Source: Piedraia hortae CBS 480.64 (Eukaryota). Taken from it: DNA of 64,000 nucleotides. The stretch lies in the NCBI GenBank assembly GCA_010093745.1, contig MU005996.1:1-64000 (forward strand), given 5' to 3'. Positions within the stretch are counted from its first letter, which is position 1. Each line of letters opens with the position of its first letter. Positions 60,127 through 64,000 of the stretch are shown in pieces. The notes beneath the pieces are model-generated. The model ran no database searches. It worked only from the letters and a program-made list of their open reading frames with translations, and was not told where the DNA came from. The position numbers and the translations under genes were made by a program.

Positions 60127-61773
60127 ATGAAACATACCGAAGAACAGAATCCGCCATCCACTGAGAGAGAATTGAAACCATATCAAAAGGATGGACTGGA
60201 TCTCTTGATACAACATTTTCTCAGAGGTAACCACATGATACTTGCAGATGAGAATGAACTTGATCCGATGTCGGTAACAGCTACGTTCTTCAAGTGGATT
60301 CTCAGCGACACTTCCGTAGTCGGAAATTGTCTTCTTGTAGTGCCGAGACGGATGGTCTCTTCATGGTACAGCGTGCTCACCAGAAAGATACCGGGATTAA
60401 CATGTAATATGTACTCTGGGAACCTAGAAAGCCGACGTGAGGTCCTGGCTCATCATCTAAGTACGGAAAATGCGTTGCCCTCGACTTTGTGCGACATCAT
60501 GTTGACGACACACGAATATGCATTCAATGACGTAGCCTTACTGGCGGCTCGTACTTGGAGGGTGGTGACAATTGACGAAATGCATCTCATGTTTGAGCCG
60601 CTTACTAGCCTCTACAAAGCCTTTGAGGTGCTGAAGCCCAAATTTTACCTTTTGATCAGCCAAAACCTGGAACCGATCACTTCGGAGAGCTTTACAGACC
60701 TAACAGAGTTCATTCTGCCGAGAAGTGTGTATAAGATCGGTTCGGATCCGGAACAGAATCAGGCATTAATAGAGTCACGCTTCCTTGGACGAACCATGGA
60801 AGAGGTACAGCTTTCGGCCCAAATGCCAACCACCAAGATCCCCTTGAATGTTCCAACAAACATTCTTCGTCGCTGCAGGACGATCTTCAAAAGCCATAAA
60901 AAATGGGACGTGGATGAGCTGTTAATCATCTCTGTGAAGCTTGCGGTTCTCTCTCTACTAATTGAGAAGCTGATTTTATTGCATAAACGTCCCCTGATCG
61001 TCAGCAGAAGGATCGATGTGATCCAGGTTCTTCTCAGAGGTAGCAATATATCTTACCTGCCCATCTCAAGCACGGTACCTCAAGAAGCTCAATTCGAAGC
61101 AGTTTCACATTTCGAACAAAGCCCCCATATGGGCCGGTGTTGTTTATTATCCGCTTCCGAGAACGAAGTCAAAAATTGGTGCCTTTACCTTGCCACAAAT
61201 TCGATCATATTCTTCGACTCGATTTTCAGCCAGAGGTGCCACAGCCTGGTGTTTGAGCCAGGTATCGAGGCAGCGTTGGATAAAGACTTAGTCGTTGTGC
61301 GACTGTTCTGTCTGGAGCCGGTGAGCGAGGTCACGTTGTCAGATGGTATGGTGAAGAAGATCGACCTTGCATCTAAGACTATCCGCAATGCTACTGAACA
61401 CGAAAACATGTTCAACCTCTCTAATATGCCTACCAAGTCGGAGGGCGCACAGGACCCGCGCCATCTGCTTGCGACGGATATCATGATCAACCTCAGTTCG
61501 GAAGAGGCTCAGGCTGGGTCTCAGGCAGCCCTAGGTCGAGCTCTAGCAGTCACAACAGCCAGACAGCCAATATTGTATCTTCCGTCACCTCTTGCCTTGT
61601 CAGACCAGATCCCAACCCCAGCTTCCGGGGCTCAAGCCAAAGTTGAAGCGGGTATCAGCAATGGTACATCCAGATTCAGCTCTTGGCAAGAACATACAAA
61701 GGACGAAACAGGACAGGATGCCAGAAGAGATCAGGTGAATAGAAAGGAGAGAGATTTGGGAGATCTTGTGTGA
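60127..61773 (+). CDS. Degenerate Snf2/Chd-family helicase-like protein, copy B (about 548 aa), predicted ATPase-dead
   Basis: LKPYQKDGL, MILADENELDPM (no GKT), LLVVP, DIMLTT.E, VTIDEMH, VKLAVL...RPLIVS and NSIIFFD. Paralogue of 49825-51522. Confidence 0.8.
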   Translation: MKHTEEQNPPSTERELKPYQKDGLDLLIQHFLRGNHMILADENELDPMSVTATFFKWILSDTSVVGNCLLVVPRRMVSSWYSVLTRKIPGLTCNMYSGNLESRREVLAHHLSTENALPSTLCDIMLTTHEYAFNDVALLAARTWRVVTIDEMHLMFEPLTSLYKAFEVLKPKFYLLISQNLEPITSESFTDLTEFILPRSVYKIGSDPEQNQALIESRFLGRTMEEVQLSAQMPTTKIPLNVPTNILRRCRTIFKSHKKWDVDELLIISVKLAVLSLLIEKLILLHKRPLIVSRRIDVIQVLLRGSNISYLPISSTVPQEAQFEAVSHFEQSPHMGRCCLLSASENEVKNWCLYLATNSIIFFDSIFSQRCHSLVFEPGIEAALDKDLVVVRLFCLEPVSEVTLSDGMVKKIDLASKTIRNATEHENMFNLSNMPTKSEGAQDPRHLLATDIMINLSSEEAQAGSQAALGRALAVTTARQPILYLPSPLALSDQIPTPASGAQAKVEAGISNGTSRFSSWQEHTKDETGQDARRDQVNRKERDLGDLV

Positions 61774-62923
61774 TACTACTTTCTTGTTACATACTACGTA
61801 GGTGGACAGTTTTGACTGTCTCATTCTTTATGCATGGAAACTGAAATAATTTCCCGTTTTTGGACGTATCTTTCAACATCTCAGCGTAGTGGAATCATAT
61901 GTCAGAGAAACTGAAGAGACTGAATGTGCCCCTTTTAGGTCTACGCTGCCCGCGATCTCAAGCCAGTCATGTTAAGTCTCATGCAGAAGACTCCAAATGC
62001 GGTCCACCAACCTCATATGAACTCTCAACTATGCCTTTGCACCGTCTTTCGAGAGATCCTGAAGCAATTGGACAGAGTGTAGAGTGCGAATATGGGGAAG
62101 ACAGCGTCAATCCTTGCGAGCTGGCAAATTCAACTTGCAGTGTTCCTTTTGAAGTGATGGTGATTTGTGATATCAGGCGATCAGCGCGCAGGAATCACCA
62201 GCAGTGGATACCGCGAAAGTGTGAGGTCTAATAATGAGCAATTCAAGCTAACATTCTGACAGGGCCCTGTCCCTCTGTGTTTTGCATTCTACTACATTCC
62301 CTAACATCAGATTGTTTTGCACAGCGGGCCGATATTCAACTTCTAGTCAAAACAGGCAGTCGGCTTATAATTGAGCTTTACGGCATCTCATCGATGCCAA
62401 AATGAACGACTCTTTTACGTGACATTCGCGCCAGGGTACTTGTAGCGATGCGAAAACTCATCATTGGAGTAATAAATTCGTTATGCTTCCTGTTTTTATC
62501 CTCATTGATCTGTAAGACGTATCGCATTGAAGTTATTGGTCAAAGAGCGATGAGTTGGCGAGAAAATGCGCAACTAGGTGAGATGCGAAAGTATGTGTCA
62601 CTTTACTTACCTTAAGCGTTCTGATTAGCTCGGCATCGCTCGGGAGATAAATGCCAAACTCTGTCCATTGGCTACCTTGGGGGGGACGATCATGTGACCG
62701 ACCTGATTGTGGATGGATATTTCGATGTGGAAATTCTTAAAGCTTCATAGCATTACCTTGTCATGGAATCCAACGTTCAGCCAGGCCTGTCAACCAACCT
62801 ACCCCACATCCTGTAATCTGTCAAGAGCATTTCCACGCCACACCTCAATTTGTGAAGCACTCAGCTGCATGCTATGCATTCACATAACTCTTCACCCCAA
62901 TCATCACAGTTTCAGAAGACAAG

Positions 62924-63466
62924 ATGCCAGTCAAACTCTTTGGACTACACAGCCATAATCCAGGCACAAAGCAAAGCCAAAAGAACACCGTGCCAGCCAG
63001 CTGCGCCCACACCAACTACCGCGAAAACTCAACCCTCGCCAGATTGATGGCTCTTATCGCGCCAGCGAAGCAAGCCCTGCGCTCCGCAAGACGCAAGTTG
63101 AGCAGCAGCGGAAGCGCCAGTCTCAGAAGCATTGGTTTCAAGCTCCGAAAGATTTCGTCTAATCGTTCATCAGCTCCAAGCTCCGGCGACAACTCGAGCG
63201 TCAACCCAGCTTATCTACGTTGTAATTCGACAATACCGGCGCTGCCGCCCGTTGTCAATGATTATCATCTGGAGAGTTTGATGATGAAGACTGCCGATAC
63301 TGAAACGAAACGCCCTCATGGGCGGGCGGGGAGGCCGCGAGAAGTCGAGAAGTTACAGCGTATGGCTAAGGGATTGAATTGGAAAGACATTCGGGTTTTT
63401 GACGATGGCGGGGCTGTGATTCCAGTCAAACAGATTCATCCGCCGCATGGAGAATTGTTGTGGTGA
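62924..63466 (+). CDS. Hypothetical small basic protein, family X copy 2 (180 aa)
   Basis: Intact ORF paralogous to 11213-11755. Confidence 0.75.
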   Translation: MPVKLFGLHSHNPGTKQSQKNTVPASCAHTNYRENSTLARLMALIAPAKQALRSARRKLSSSGSASLRSIGFKLRKISSNRSSAPSSGDNSSVNPAYLRCNSTIPALPPVVNDYHLESLMMKTADTETKRPHGRAGRPREVEKLQRMAKGLNWKDIRVFDDGGAVIPVKQIHPPHGELLW

Positions 63467-64000
63467 TCGATGCTTATTTTCCTTCCCGTCTTTGCAATGA
63501 CTAGTGCGAAGGTTTCTTTGGACCCCTCCGGGGACGGCTGTCTGCAAAAGGGTGGAAAGAAGAATTGTAAAGGGTGTTGGAGGAGCTAAAAAATTGCGTA
63601 TAGATGAAGTATACAAAGAGTTTTAGCCCAACTCTTGATCGTTAGCCAATTTTTGTCGTGGCTTCTTTGTGGAAATTACAAGTAAATCTCTTGGCAGGCC
63701 GGTCCATGCCGGAAGCCGCACTTGCACTATCTATACTCTCCGTCTATCTCAATAGACCCAATCACATCAGACCTCCTAGCCCTGAAACCAGCGCAAATGA
63801 ACACCCCTGATAATCAGACCGTGGAATTGCGTCCACCACCTCTCCCCAGCGCGAGCTGCAACCAATCGATCACTCACGCCCACCATCCCTAGGTGACCCA
63901 GGAGAAACCTGCAGAACGCACCACCACCTACATCCCCCAACACACCCACGAATCTCCGAACAGTCATGTCTTCAAAAGGAGTCCGCCGAACCCGGCCCTT

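Noticed and set aside
1..64000. Starship-type giant element explaining the accessory cargo
   Set aside because: No tyrosine-recombinase captain ORF or element boundaries could be recognised in this window.
63966..64000. Possible gene start (ATG TCT TCA AAA GGA...) at the window edge
   Set aside because: Too little sequence to support a call.

Overview
Eukaryotic DNA from a filamentous ascomycete, inferred from the GT-AG introns of about 45-57 nt with CTRAC branch sites and from the gene content. The window alternates between two compartments. Two compact core-gene islands hold ERV25, HAS1, COQ7, RTF1, COX9, APM3 and ECH1 (16.3-25.5 kb) and a PPR gene, MRC1 and tRNA-Gln (42.3-49.3 kb). Accessory regions between and around them carry solo LTRs from several families (five with perfect or near-perfect 5-bp TSDs, plus a sixth whose end is slightly ambiguous), remnants of LINE, Ty3/gypsy and hAT elements, and three NACHT-type NLR loci: one intact, one with two nonsense codons, and one truncated pseudogene. 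The accessory regions also carry a stand-alone TPR gene and two pairs of diverged paralogues. The most unusual signal is a pair of intact, intronless Snf2/Chd-like proteins that have both lost the Walker A GKT and the motif VI arginines and share a replacement motif, so they are candidate pseudo-ATPases. They sit near an unknown small basic protein family (two copies) and NLR genes. All identifications come from motif recognition by eye; no database searches were run.
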